DNA of 64,000 nucleotides from an uncultured Bacilli bacterium. GTDB lineage: Bacteria > Bacillota_I > Bacilli_A > RF39 > UBA660. The notes under the pieces were generated by a model. That model was not told the origin of the DNA, did not search any database, and was given only the letters and a program-made list of their open reading frames with translations. Made by a program: the position numbers and the translations under genes. Positions 19,046-29,474 of this stretch are shown here, piece by piece. Numbering within the stretch: position 1 is the stretch's first letter; every line of letters starts with the position of its first letter. The stretch covers positions 53,731 to 117,730 of the forward strand of contig CAKOHV010000001.1 of NCBI GenBank assembly GCA_934086145.1, read 5' to 3'.

Positions 19046-19894
19046 ATGCAAGAAATAATTTGTGATACTTTAGTGGATACTGCTCGTTTAGTTCCTTTTT
19101 TATTCCTTTCGTTTATAGTAATTGAACTACTGGAACATAAGCTAAGCACTAAAACCAATAATATTTTATTAAAATCAGGAAAACTTGGTCCTTTATTAGG
19201 TAGTATCTTAGGAATGATTCCTCAATGTGGTTTTTCTGTTGTCGCTACCAATCTTTACATTACGCGTATAATTTCCCTAGGAACTTTAATTGCTATTTAT
19301 CTATCAACGAGTGATGAGATGCTCCCAATTCTCTTATCAGAAAAAGCTCCTTTCAAAGATATCGCCTTAATCCTTCTAATTAAATTTGGTGTTGCTTTAA
19401 TAGTTGGTTACCTAATTAATCTCTTCTATAAAAAGAAACCTGAAGAACATGAACACTATGATATATGTCATGAAGAACATTGCGGTTGCGAACATGAACA
19501 TCACTTAATTCAATCAAGTATGATTCATACTGCCAAAACCTTAGTATACTTACTTCTAATAACTTTTATCATCAATGTTATCTTCAACTACTTTGGTAGT
19601 CCTTACTTGAGCAAAATCTTCCTTAAAGATTCTCCATTTGGACCATTTATTACTAGTTTAATTGGTTTAATCCCTAGCTGTGGCTCAAGTATCATGTTAA
19701 CAGAACTATATTTAAAAGGTGCTATCAGCTTATCATCAGTTATATCTGGGTTACTAACTGGTAGTGGAATAGCTATTTTAATCCTTTTTAAATCAAATAA
19801 AAACTTTAAAGAAAATATGAAAATTTTGGCCATTATTTACAGTACAGGCGTTCTTACTGGCTTAATAATTCACATCCTAACAAGTATTTTTTAA
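19046..19894 (+). CDS. Putative metal-ion permease (two internally repeated halves with IPQCGFS / IPSCGSS motifs and a His/Cys-rich loop HEHYDICHEEHCGCEHEHH)
   Basis: Polytopic membrane protein with a duplicated Cys-Gly-Ser motif reminiscent of the ArsP-like 10-TM heavy-metal exporter family. The metal-binding loop is evident. Family assignment is from memory. Confidence 0.45.
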   Translation: MQEIICDTLVDTARLVPFLFLSFIVIELLEHKLSTKTNNILLKSGKLGPLLGSILGMIPQCGFSVVATNLYITRIISLGTLIAIYLSTSDEMLPILLSEKAPFKDIALILLIKFGVALIVGYLINLFYKKKPEEHEHYDICHEEHCGCEHEHHLIQSSMIHTAKTLVYLLLITFIINVIFNYFGSPYLSKIFLKDSPFGPFITSLIGLIPSCGSSIMLTELYLKGAISLSSVISGLLTGSGIAILILFKSNKNFKENMKILAIIYSTGVLTGLIIHILTSIF

Positions 19895-19954
19895 CATACT
19901 TGTTTTTGTTTGCTTCTCTTTTCCAAAAAGATGGTTCAATTTAAATAAAAAGTA

Positions 19955-19989
19955 TGTTATAATTTTCGATAGGATAGGAGAGTTTTATA
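19955..19989 (+). promoter_or_regulatory. Extended -10 promoter (TGtTATAAT) plus conserved leader tcgataggataggagagtttta, upstream of giant pilin-like gene 1
   Basis: The same architecture recurs upstream of all three giant genes (19955, 24837, 29442). Confidence 0.55.
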
Positions 19990-22900
19990 GTGAATAAAAA
20001 AGGTTTTACATTAGTAGAACTACTAGCTGTCATAGCCATTTTAGGTATCTTATCGGTCGTAGCTATCGGCGCTTATAGTGGTGTAACTAATCGTTCAAAA
20101 CAAAAAGCCTATGAATCCAAAGTTTCCCAAATTGAAACTTCGGCTGCCAAATGGGCTCGTGAAAATAATATTGACCGTACAACATCAGTTTCTGTTAATA
20201 AACTAGTCGTTGAAGGCTACTTAACAGCCGATGAAGCTACGGAAAATGGTTTATCAACTATCAAAAATCCTGTTAATAACGAAAATATGATTTGTAAGAT
20301 GGTTGAAATAACTTATAAGAATGGTGAAATCCAAACAAAATTTGATGCAACTAAAAACAATTGTAGCTTAGCTGAACAAGCCTTAAATGATACCCAAATA
20401 AAAGTTGTGGCCTATCAAAAAGGTGTGGCTGGGGCATCTGCGGCAATAAGTCCTAACTCAAACAATGCTTTAGCATGGACTAACAAAGCCTTAACTTTGG
20501 TTGTTTCAAGTGATACTTACAAAGATGAAGCCCAAAATTCTAAGGAATCAAATCCAGTTGTTGCCGTATCTTTTGACTTTAATGGTAGTACAACGGAAAA
20601 GACCATCGTCATCGATAATGCTAATCCATCAAATAAAAAATCTAATGTTTATACTGGTACTACTTATCTTGATGATACAACGACTTATTACAATACTTTC
20701 AATGTTGATGCCGCTGTTATCCTTGATAGTAATGTTGTTGTTTCATATCGTTTCAAAGATGGATCAACTAAATCTCGTACCATCAATGTTCGTATCGATA
20801 AAGAAGAAGCAACAGCTTCCGTTATTGCTACATCAGATTGGGTTACAGCCACCCAAAAAGTTATCGTTAAACTAGATGATGGTAATGGTAGTGGTGCTCG
20901 TCGCTTCTACGTTGGTGTTGGCAATGCTTATAACGATCCTGGAGTTCAAAAAGTTGACTTATGTGGTGCCAATGGTAAAAATTGTAAATATGAAAAAGAA
21001 TACAATGCTCCAAGTGTTGGGGAATACAACATTTGGACTGAAGATATGGTTGGTAATATTTCCGTCCAACCTAAAAATAAAATATCAGTCAATAACGTCG
21101 ATACTTCTACACCATCATGTAACTTCGATAATATCGGAACTATGGGTCAAAATAATTGGTATGTAACCGATGTTACACCACGTATGCGTACAAGCGTCGC
21201 TGGTAATAGTGGATTATACTTTGGTATTTCTAAAACCCAAAATGGTAAAGATAATCCTAACTATTCTAATTACGTAGGTTATGGTAGTGTAGGTATCAGT
21301 CAAGCGGCCAAACTAAGTGATACTAAGGGTCAAGATTACACTTGTTACGTTAAATCACTGGCTGGTACCAAGGCCCAAAAGAAAACTAATATCAAAGTCG
21401 ATACAACCCCACCAACTATTACCGTATCACCAACTAATCAATCTAGTAGTTACGTTAAAGAAAAAACTATTACGATTAAAGCCCGTGACACGATCAGTGG
21501 TTTAGGTAAAAATAGTCGTATAGAATACGCTTGGAGTACTGATAGCAATAACGAACCATCTACTTGGCAGACAGTTGCACTTCCAGGAACTGACTATACT
21601 GGCGAAAATGGTCCAACTGATGAAAAAACAGTGACCATAACCGCCAAAGGAATGACCGGTGTTTACTACCTTTGGATCAAAGAAGGAACTATTTCTGATG
21701 CCGCCGGAAACACTAGTCAAGGCCTACAAGGCAAATCAGCCCGCTACGGACCATATAAATTTGATAACACGCCCCCTTCTTGTGAGCTTCAAGCTGATGG
21801 TACTGTCGGTGATAACTCTTGGTATACAAGCAATGTCACTATAAGCTTTAAAACGCATAGTGATAATGATAGTGGCGTTAAAAACTATGGTATAAGTAGT
21901 ACAACCGGTTCTAAAACCGCTTCCTTAACTAGTGATACAAGTTCTAAAACTTATACTGGTTACATTGAAGATAACGCCGGTAATAAGAGCTCTTGTAGTA
22001 TTACAGTCAAAAGAGATGCCACTAAACCAAGTTGTTCTTTACAAGCCGTTGGAACAAAAGGCGAAAATGATTGGTATACAAGTGATATCACTGTTAAATT
22101 TAAAACTTCAACAGACGCTATGAGTGGTCTTGCTAAAAAAGGTATTGATAATATAGCTAATGCTGAAACACTTCATGTTACTAATGACAATACCGGTACA
22201 AAATATACTGGTTATGTTAAAGATAATGCTGGTAATATTGGAACCTGTGCAGCTTCTTATAAAATCGACCAAACGCCACCTAGTTGTAGTTTAAAAACAT
22301 CTGGTACTAATGGTGATAATGGTTGGTTTAAAAGTAATGTTACTGTTGAAGTAGCAACTCACACGGATGCTACAAGTGGTGTTGATGGCTATGGCTTAAG
22401 CACTAGTGGGGCAAACTATACTACTACTAAACTAGTTCAAAAAGATGATACATCCGGTGTAAAATATACTGGTTATATCAAAGATAAAGCCGGTAATAAG
22501 GCTACTTGTGGTCCGGTAACAGTTAAAAAAGATACTAAAGCTCCATCATGTAAATTACAAGCTAGTGGAACGCTTGGTAACAATGGCTGGTATAAAAGCA
22601 ATATTGTTATTTCTTTTAAATCTCCAACAGATGCGACTAGTGGAATTGCTGCCAAAGGTATAGGTGGCTTTGATAAAGCTGATACCCTAACTGTTGACTA
22701 TAGTACAAGTGGAACAACTTACTATGGCTTTATTAAAGACAATGCTGGTAATCAAGCAATATGTAATGCAGTATACAAAGTTGATAAAACTGTTCCAACT
22801 TGTTCAATTACAGCTAGTGGATCTTATGGCTGGAATAGTTGGTACAATTCAGATGTTGAAATTTCATTGAAGAGTAGTGGAACAGATTGGCCAAGTGGTA

Positions 22901-23853
22901 TTAAAAGTTATGGAATAGGTAGTACAACAGGTGCTACAAGCGCTAAATTGACTACTGATACTAAATCTAAAACATATACAGGATATATTGAGGATGAAGC
23001 TGGTAATATAGGATCATGTGCCGTTACCGTTAAAAGAGATACTACACCACCTTCTTGTACATTAAGCAAGACTTGTACAAACTCGGGCGAAAATGGTTGG
23101 TGTAAATCAAATGTTGGTATTAAATTTAGTTCTACCTATGATGCTATGAGTGGGGTAGATGGTTATGGTATAGGTGGCTATTATAACTATCCAAGAGAAA
23201 AAACACTAGATTACGACTCTGGAGCCAATGGTGTAACATATATTGGATATATTGCCGATAAAGCTGGTAATACAAGTTCATGTTATACAACAGCTTATCG
23301 TGATACAATTCCTCCAGCATCATCAATATGTTCATCTGGCTTTAGAGTAAGTGGAACATCTGGTAATTCCGGCTGGTACCGTTCCAGCGTAACATTAACT
23401 TCTACTAGTAGTGATGTTAATTATTTCAAGGTAAATGGAGCAAGTACAAAGTATTATTCTACTTATACAATGTCTAGTGATGGTAGCCATTCCGCTGCTA
23501 TAACAATTTATGATGATGCTGGAAATAGTACTACTTGTCCGACAAAATATTTTTCAATCGATAAAACATACCCAACCCTTTGGGTTTCCAATGCTGATAA
23601 TGGTTGTCCTGCCGGCGTAAATAAAACTTACCGAACCGGTAATGTTTACGATGCCACAAGTGGATTATCAAAAGCTGATTCTTCTTACCTTATAGGTGCG
23701 GATCTTGAACATGCCGCTTACAAATCGCCAGTAACTCCAAATGGAGCCCATTCTGGAAAAGAAGGCTTTTGCTCAGGAATTGGATCGTTGTATGCATCAT
23801 GGACTCTTTGTGATATTGCAGGTAATTGTACTTATGATTCAGGTTCATGGTAG
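19990..23853 (+). CDS. Giant (1287 aa) prepilin-type protein: type IV pilin N-terminal domain + ~6 tandem ~90-aa Cys-pair Ig-like modules + conserved Cys-rich C-terminal domain
   Basis: GTG start. N-terminus MNKKGFTLVELLAVIAILGIL is the prepilin peptidase cleavage/methylation motif (G|FTLVE). Repeats begin [TK]xPSC[ES]L[QK]A.GT.G.NGWY; C-terminal EGFCSG...CDIAGNC. Paralogous to the 24870 and 29475 genes. Confidence 0.8.
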   Translation: MNKKGFTLVELLAVIAILGILSVVAIGAYSGVTNRSKQKAYESKVSQIETSAAKWARENNIDRTTSVSVNKLVVEGYLTADEATENGLSTIKNPVNNENMICKMVEITYKNGEIQTKFDATKNNCSLAEQALNDTQIKVVAYQKGVAGASAAISPNSNNALAWTNKALTLVVSSDTYKDEAQNSKESNPVVAVSFDFNGSTTEKTIVIDNANPSNKKSNVYTGTTYLDDTTTYYNTFNVDAAVILDSNVVVSYRFKDGSTKSRTINVRIDKEEATASVIATSDWVTATQKVIVKLDDGNGSGARRFYVGVGNAYNDPGVQKVDLCGANGKNCKYEKEYNAPSVGEYNIWTEDMVGNISVQPKNKISVNNVDTSTPSCNFDNIGTMGQNNWYVTDVTPRMRTSVAGNSGLYFGISKTQNGKDNPNYSNYVGYGSVGISQAAKLSDTKGQDYTCYVKSLAGTKAQKKTNIKVDTTPPTITVSPTNQSSSYVKEKTITIKARDTISGLGKNSRIEYAWSTDSNNEPSTWQTVALPGTDYTGENGPTDEKTVTITAKGMTGVYYLWIKEGTISDAAGNTSQGLQGKSARYGPYKFDNTPPSCELQADGTVGDNSWYTSNVTISFKTHSDNDSGVKNYGISSTTGSKTASLTSDTSSKTYTGYIEDNAGNKSSCSITVKRDATKPSCSLQAVGTKGENDWYTSDITVKFKTSTDAMSGLAKKGIDNIANAETLHVTNDNTGTKYTGYVKDNAGNIGTCAASYKIDQTPPSCSLKTSGTNGDNGWFKSNVTVEVATHTDATSGVDGYGLSTSGANYTTTKLVQKDDTSGVKYTGYIKDKAGNKATCGPVTVKKDTKAPSCKLQASGTLGNNGWYKSNIVISFKSPTDATSGIAAKGIGGFDKADTLTVDYSTSGTTYYGFIKDNAGNQAICNAVYKVDKTVPTCSITASGSYGWNSWYNSDVEISLKSSGTDWPSGIKSYGIGSTTGATSAKLTTDTKSKTYTGYIEDEAGNIGSCAVTVKRDTTPPSCTLSKTCTNSGENGWCKSNVGIKFSSTYDAMSGVDGYGIGGYYNYPREKTLDYDSGANGVTYIGYIADKAGNTSSCYTTAYRDTIPPASSICSSGFRVSGTSGNSGWYRSSVTLTSTSSDVNYFKVNGASTKYYSTYTMSSDGSHSAAITIYDDAGNSTTCPTKYFSIDKTYPTLWVSNADNGCPAGVNKTYRTGNVYDATSGLSKADSSYLIGADLEHAAYKSPVTPNGAHSGKEGFCSGIGSLYASWTLCDIAGNCTYDSGSW
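21770..23310 (+). repeat. Array of ~90-aa Ig-like coding repeats inside giant pilin-like gene 1 (approximate bounds)
   Basis: Recurring PSC-x-L...NGWY...D..SG...YTGY..D.AGN..C modules. Bounds estimated by eye. Confidence 0.45.
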
Positions 23854-23868
23854 AATAGAGGAGATAAA

Positions 23869-24669
23869 ATGAAAAAAGATAAGAAAAAAATAATTATAAT
23901 AAGCTTAATTGCTGTTGCAGTTATTGCTTTAATTGTTATCATCGTTGTAGCTTGCTTACCTAAAAAAAATAAAACAGAAGACAAAAAGCAGGACGAAGCT
24001 CCAATTTACACACCAGAAATTGCTGCTGCTCAATTAAAGGACTATGAAATAGGCAACTTTAAATTTCATGATATAAAAGTTCTTCCTGCTTGTGCTAAAG
24101 AAGAAGAGTGCTTTTTAGCTAATAGCTACTTTAGACAAATCAGTTATAAAGAAGATAATGCCGTAATTAATGAAGCTTTAACAACTATCAATAATAAAAC
24201 TAATGAATATTATGATCGTATAAATGCTCCAGAAAATACAAAATCATGTGACAAATATGTTAGAAATCTATACTATAAACCATCTGTTGAAACTTTTGAA
24301 AATGACCAATACATTAGTATTGCTGTTTCTAATAATCTTGGAGCACTATGTGATGCCAAATCTCTTTATGAAGATGGTGAATATTACATCTATAGTAAAG
24401 AAAGTCAAACAATGCTAACTAAAGAAGAAATATTAACTTCTTTCAATCTAACAGAAGCTGATATTCTTAGCAAAATTAATAAATACTATAAAAAAGATAC
24501 TTTAGCTGATTTAGATTACAATATCTTTATTAGTGTAACTGGGGAATTAAAAATAACATTCCTTGGCGATGATGGTCGTTATTATATTACTCTTCAAGAA
24601 TTGTATAAAGAAAGTCAAGATGATCAAAAAAATCAAAGTAGTGGTCTTACCGATATTGATTTTGAATAG
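23869..24669 (+). CDS. Hypothetical N-terminally membrane-anchored protein co-transcribed with giant pilin-like gene 1
   Basis: Starts 15 nt after the pilin stop with RBS AGAGGAG. TM segment IIIISLIAVAVIALIVIIVVA. Cys-containing extracytoplasmic domain. Confidence 0.55.
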   Translation: MKKDKKKIIIISLIAVAVIALIVIIVVACLPKKNKTEDKKQDEAPIYTPEIAAAQLKDYEIGNFKFHDIKVLPACAKEEECFLANSYFRQISYKEDNAVINEALTTINNKTNEYYDRINAPENTKSCDKYVRNLYYKPSVETFENDQYISIAVSNNLGALCDAKSLYEDGEYYIYSKESQTMLTKEEILTSFNLTEADILSKINKYYKKDTLADLDYNIFISVTGELKITFLGDDGRYYITLQELYKESQDDQKNQSSGLTDIDFE

Positions 24670-24679
24670 TGAACTTCTT

Positions 24680-24710
24680 AAGCTTACACCTAAAAGTGTA
24701 GGCTTTTTTT
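24680..24710 (+). terminator. Rho-independent terminator
   Basis: Stem aagcttacac/gtgtaggctt (9 of 10 paired) with a 6-nt loop, then a T7 run. Confidence 0.65.
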
Positions 24711-24836
24711 AATACTTTTACACTTTAAAATTTTAATTTTTTTCTTAACTAAGCCCTTTAAAATCGAGGACTTTTAAAAGAAGAAAATTAAAATTCAACA
24801 AAAATGAAAAAGATATCACAAATTTATAAAAATGTA

Positions 24837-24869
24837 TGGTATAATTCTCGATAGAATAGAGGCGTTTAT
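24837..24869 (+). promoter_or_regulatory. Extended -10 promoter (TGgTATAAT) + conserved leader, upstream of giant gene 2
   Basis: tatggtataattctcgatagaatagaggcgtttatATG; homologous to the elements at 19955 and 29442. Confidence 0.55.
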
Positions 24870-27800
24870 ATGCATAATAAAAAAGGTTTTACATTAGTTG
24901 AATTATTAGCTGTTGTAGCCATTCTTGGTATATTATCCATTGTTGCTATCGGTGCTTATAGTGGCATAACCAATAGATCAAAACAAAAAGCCTATGAATC
25001 TAAAGTTTCGCAAATCGAAACATCAGCTGCTAAATGGGCTCGTGAAAACAATATTGATCGTACAACTTCCATTTCTGTTAACAAACTGGTTGTTGAAGGT
25101 TACTTAACGGCTGATGAAGCAACTGAAAATGGTTTATCAACTATCAAAAATCCTGTTAATAACGAAAATATGATTTGTAAGATGGTTGAAATAACTTATA
25201 AAAATGGTGAGATTCAAACCAAATTTATTGATAATAAAAATAATTGTACGCTTGCTGAGCAAGCTCTAAATGATACGAAGATAAAAGTTGTTGCGTACCA
25301 AAAAGGGGTTACGGGAGCATCTGCTGCTTTAAGTCCTAATTCAAACAATGCCTTAGCATGGACAAACAAAGCCTTAACTTTAGTTGTTTCTAGTGATAAT
25401 TATAAAGATGAAGCCCAAAATAGTCGTGAAACCAATCCTATTGTTTCAGTATCCTTCGATTTTAATGGTAATACAACTGAAAAAAATGTTGTCATTGATA
25501 GTACTAATCCTTCTAAAAAGAAGTCTAATGTTTATACAGGTAACACCTATATTGATAATATTGATGCTTATTACAATGTTTTCAACGTTGATGCAACTGT
25601 CATTCTTGATAGTAACGTAGTTGTTTCATACCGCTTTAAAGATGGTTCAACTAAATCACGTACTATCAACGTTCGTATTGATAAAGAAGAAGCAACCGCT
25701 TCCGTTATTGCTACATCAGATTGGGTTACAGCCACCCAAAAAGTAATCGTTAAACTAGACGATGGTAATGGTAGTGGTGCGCGTCGCTTCTATGTTGGCG
25801 TTGGTAATTCTTACAATGCACCAGGCGTTAATAAAGTTGAATTATGTGATGCCAACGGCAAAAATTGTAAATATGAAAAAGAATACAATGCTCCAAGTGT
25901 TGGAGAATACAACATTTGGACTGAAGATATGGTTGGTAATATTTCCGTCCAACCTAAAAATAAAATCTCAGTCAATAACGTCGATACTTCTACACCATCA
26001 TGTAACTTCGATAATATCGGAACTATGGGTCAAGGCAACTGGTATATAACTGATGTTATCCCACGTATGCGTACAAGCGTCGCTGGTAATAGTGGTTTAT
26101 ACTTTGGTATTTCTAAAATTCAAAATGGTAAAGATAATCCTAATTATTCTAATTACGTTGGGTATGGTAGTATAGGTATCAGCCAAGCTGCTAAATTAAG
26201 TGATACTAAGGGTCAAGATTATATTTGTTATGTAAAATCATTAGCGGGTACAAAAACCCAGAAGAAAACTAATATTAAAGTTGATACAATTCCACCAACT
26301 ATTACCATATCACCAACTAATCAATCTAGTAGTTATGTTAAAGAAAAAACTATTACAATTAAAGCTCGTGATACTATTAGTGGTTTAGGTAAAAATAGTC
26401 GTGTAGAATATGCTTGGAGTACCGACAGCAATAACGAACCATCTACTTGGCAAACGGTTGCTCTTCCAGGAACTGACTATACTGGGGAAAATGGTCCAAC
26501 TGATGAAAAATCAGTAACCATAACCGCTAAAGGTATGACTGGTGTTTACTACCTTTGGATTAAAAAAGGAACAATTTCTGATGCTGCTGGTAATGCTAGT
26601 GAAGGCTCTCAAGGCAAATCAGTAAGATATGGTCCTTTCAAATTTGATAACACACCACCTTCTTGTGAATTGCAAGCTGCTGGTACTATCGGTGATAACG
26701 CTTGGTATACAAGCAATGTCACTATAAGCTTTAAAACGCATAGTGATAATGATAGTGGCGTTAAAAACTATGGTTTAAGTAGTATAACGGGTTCTAAAAC
26801 CGCTTCCTTAACTAGTGATATAAGTTCTAAAACTTATACTGGTTACATTGAAGATAACGCCGGTAATAAGAGTTCTTGTAGTATTACAGTTAAAAGAGAT
26901 GCTACTAAACCAACTTGTTCTTTAGAAGCTAAAGGAACCAAAGGCACAAATAATTGGTTTACTAGTGATATCACGGTCAAATTTAAAACATCAACTGATG
27001 CTATGAGCGGCCTCGTAAGAAAAGGAATAAATAGTATCAATAATGCTGATACACTACGGGTTACAACTGACAACACTGGTACAAAATATATTGGTTATGT
27101 TAAAGATAATGCGGGAAATGTCGGAACCTGTGAAGCAACTTACAAGATTGATAAAACAGCTCCTACATGTGCCCTTAAAGTTACAGGAAATCTTGGTGAT
27201 AATGGTTGGTATAAGAGTAATACTACGATTACAGTTGATACTCATACTGATGCCACAAGTGGTGTCGATGGTTATGGTTTAAGTACCAATGGTTCAATTA
27301 ATTATACCAATACTTACCTCACTCAGACTCTTGATACCAAAGGTGTAATATACACTGGTTATATTAAAGATAAAGCTGGTAATACGGCAACTTGTGGCCC
27401 AGTAACTATTAAAAAGGATAGTAAAGCTCCATCATGTCAATTACAGGCTTCTGGTACTAAAGGCGAAGACAATTGGTATGTAACTAACGTTAACGTTAGT
27501 TTCAAAGCTCCATCAGACGCCACAAGTGGTATTGCCAAAAAAGGTATTGGTGGTTTTGATAATGCTGATACTCTTACCATAAATTATGATACAACTGGTA
27601 CAACATATTATGGTTTTATTAAAGATAATGCTGGTAACTCAGCGATTTGTAATGCTACTTATAAAGTCGATAGAACTAAACCAACATGTTCATTAAAAAC
27701 AAGTGGTACAGCTGGTGAAAATGGTTGGTACCGAGGCGATGTTGCTGTCGAATTCGCTAGTTATAATGATTGGGCTAGTGGTATAAGTGGTCATGGTTTA

Positions 27801-29237
27801 AGTACTAACGGCACTGCAAATTATACTAATACCAAACTTACCCAAACTAGCGATACCACTGGAACAACATACACTGGCTATGTCAAAGATAATGCTGGTA
27901 ATAAGAACTCTTGTAGTGTTACAGTAAAAAGAGACACTCAAGCTCCATCGTGTGAATTACAAGCCAGTGGAACCGAAGGAGAGAATGGTTGGTATAAAAG
28001 TGGTATTACTGTTTCCTTTAAATCCGCCACTGATACCACAAGCGGAATTGCTCTAAAAGGTCTAGGTGGGTATTATGGTTCAGCTACAGAAACACAAAAT
28101 GATAATACAGCTGGCAAGAATTATACCGGCTATGTCAAAGACAACGCTGGTAATACGGCAACGTGTACAGCAACTTATAAAATTGATAAAACCGTTCCAA
28201 CTTGTTCAATAACAGCTAGTGGAACTTATGGTTGGAATAGTTGGTATATTACAGATGTTGCTATTTCATTAAAGAGTAGTGGAACAGATTGGCCAAGCGG
28301 CGTTAAAAGCTATGGTATAGGAAGTTTAGGTGGCGAAAAATCAGCTACTTTAAATTACGATACTTCTTCTAAAAAATATACTGGCTATATTGAAGATGAA
28401 GCTGGTAATACGAATTTTTGTTCTATTGAAGTTAAAAGAGATGCTACTAAACCTTCTTGTACGTTAAGCAAGTCATGTTCAACCTGGGGAGAAAATGGTT
28501 GGTGTAAATCTAATGTTGGTATTAAATTTAGTTCAACTTATGATGCTATGAGTGGGGTAGATGGTTATGGTATAGGTGGCTATTATAACTATCCAAGAGA
28601 AGCAACACTAGATTACGACTCTGGAGCCAATGGTATATCGTACTTTGGATATATTGTTGATAAAGCTGGTAATACAAGTTCATGTAGTACAACAGCATAT
28701 CGTGATACAACTCCACCAGCTGCTTCATTGTGTTCTACTGCTGTTAGCAAAAGTGGAACCCTTGGTAATGAAGGATGGTACAGGTCAGATGTTACTGTAT
28801 CTACAACAAATAGTGATATAAGTTACTTTAGATTAGATGGTCAAGCTAAAACAACGCTTACAACAGATGGCTACCACACAGTCACTTTATATGATGCTGC
28901 TGGTAACAGTAGAGAGTGTGATAAAATTAAAATCGATAAAACTAATCCGACTATAGACATATTGAGTTACGTACCAGCATGTCCAAGTGATGCTAAAGTA
29001 AATTATCGTATGGGGCATGTTACTGATGCTACAAGCGGTATATCTAAAAACTCATACTATTGGGTTGGTACGAGCAAAGATGACAAAAAATATTATCCAG
29101 GAGCAACTCCTCACGAATCAAATGAAGGCGTAGAAGGTTTTTGCTCGGGGAAAAACACTTTATATACTGCATATCATACATGTGATGTAGCAGGTAATTG
29201 TATTAATGGATCTTGGTCATGGGATACAACGCCATAG
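24870..29237 (+). CDS. Giant (1455 aa) prepilin-type protein, paralog 2 (~8 Ig-like modules)
   Basis: MHNKKGFTLVELLAVVAILGIL prepilin signal. The first ~600 aa are highly similar to gene 1. More repeat modules. Same C-terminal Cys-rich domain (EGFCSG...CDVAGNC). Confidence 0.8.
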   Translation: MHNKKGFTLVELLAVVAILGILSIVAIGAYSGITNRSKQKAYESKVSQIETSAAKWARENNIDRTTSISVNKLVVEGYLTADEATENGLSTIKNPVNNENMICKMVEITYKNGEIQTKFIDNKNNCTLAEQALNDTKIKVVAYQKGVTGASAALSPNSNNALAWTNKALTLVVSSDNYKDEAQNSRETNPIVSVSFDFNGNTTEKNVVIDSTNPSKKKSNVYTGNTYIDNIDAYYNVFNVDATVILDSNVVVSYRFKDGSTKSRTINVRIDKEEATASVIATSDWVTATQKVIVKLDDGNGSGARRFYVGVGNSYNAPGVNKVELCDANGKNCKYEKEYNAPSVGEYNIWTEDMVGNISVQPKNKISVNNVDTSTPSCNFDNIGTMGQGNWYITDVIPRMRTSVAGNSGLYFGISKIQNGKDNPNYSNYVGYGSIGISQAAKLSDTKGQDYICYVKSLAGTKTQKKTNIKVDTIPPTITISPTNQSSSYVKEKTITIKARDTISGLGKNSRVEYAWSTDSNNEPSTWQTVALPGTDYTGENGPTDEKSVTITAKGMTGVYYLWIKKGTISDAAGNASEGSQGKSVRYGPFKFDNTPPSCELQAAGTIGDNAWYTSNVTISFKTHSDNDSGVKNYGLSSITGSKTASLTSDISSKTYTGYIEDNAGNKSSCSITVKRDATKPTCSLEAKGTKGTNNWFTSDITVKFKTSTDAMSGLVRKGINSINNADTLRVTTDNTGTKYIGYVKDNAGNVGTCEATYKIDKTAPTCALKVTGNLGDNGWYKSNTTITVDTHTDATSGVDGYGLSTNGSINYTNTYLTQTLDTKGVIYTGYIKDKAGNTATCGPVTIKKDSKAPSCQLQASGTKGEDNWYVTNVNVSFKAPSDATSGIAKKGIGGFDNADTLTINYDTTGTTYYGFIKDNAGNSAICNATYKVDRTKPTCSLKTSGTAGENGWYRGDVAVEFASYNDWASGISGHGLSTNGTANYTNTKLTQTSDTTGTTYTGYVKDNAGNKNSCSVTVKRDTQAPSCELQASGTEGENGWYKSGITVSFKSATDTTSGIALKGLGGYYGSATETQNDNTAGKNYTGYVKDNAGNTATCTATYKIDKTVPTCSITASGTYGWNSWYITDVAISLKSSGTDWPSGVKSYGIGSLGGEKSATLNYDTSSKKYTGYIEDEAGNTNFCSIEVKRDATKPSCTLSKSCSTWGENGWCKSNVGIKFSSTYDAMSGVDGYGIGGYYNYPREATLDYDSGANGISYFGYIVDKAGNTSSCSTTAYRDTTPPAASLCSTAVSKSGTLGNEGWYRSDVTVSTTNSDISYFRLDGQAKTTLTTDGYHTVTLYDAAGNSRECDKIKIDKTNPTIDILSYVPACPSDAKVNYRMGHVTDATSGISKNSYYWVGTSKDDKKYYPGATPHESNEGVEGFCSGKNTLYTAYHTCDVAGNCINGSWSWDTTP
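26650..28720 (+). repeat. Ig-like coding repeat array inside giant gene 2 (approximate bounds)
   Basis: Eight modules starting PSCELQAAG, PTCSLEAKG, PTCALKVTG, PSCQLQASG, PTCSLKTSG, PSCELQASG, PTCSITASG, PSCTLSKSC. Confidence 0.45.
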
Positions 29238-29298
29238 ATAAAAAATATAAAAGAATGTTTTATGTTAAACACTAAAACATAATTACTATAAATAAAAA

Positions 29299-29329
29299 AG
29301 TTAACGTTCAAGAAACGTTGGCTTTTTTT
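29299..29329 (+). terminator. Rho-independent terminator after giant gene 2
   Basis: Hairpin around aacgtt/aacgtt arms (agttaacgtt-caagaa-aacgttggct), then a T7 run. Confidence 0.5.
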
Positions 29330-29441
29330 AAATCTAAATATTTTTGATATACGTTTAATAATTGCTAAAGCAAATATGAAAAAAACTTATTTAAAAAAAT
29401 AATTTTTATTATAAAAGTTAATTTAAATCATCAAAATTGTA

Positions 29442-29474
29442 TGATATAATCATTAGTAGGATAGAGGAGTTTGT
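29442..29474 (+). promoter_or_regulatory. Extended -10 promoter (TGaTATAAT) + conserved leader, upstream of giant gene 3
   Basis: tatgatataatcattagtaggatagaggagtttgtATG. Confidence 0.55.

Noticed and set aside
20501-23335. Multiple 60-124-aa ORFs in alternative frames and on the minus strand inside giant pilin-like gene 1 (for example 20501-20875, 20876-21166, 21502-21720, 23144-23335). Analogous ORFs occur inside genes 2 and 3 (25384-25620, 25762-26049, 26843-27076, 28546-28728, 30376-30678, 31603-31821 and others).
   Set aside because: They lie wholly inside long, well-supported CDSs. They have Leu/Ile/Met/Val-rich nonsense composition typical of off-frame reading of repetitive coding DNA and have no RBS.
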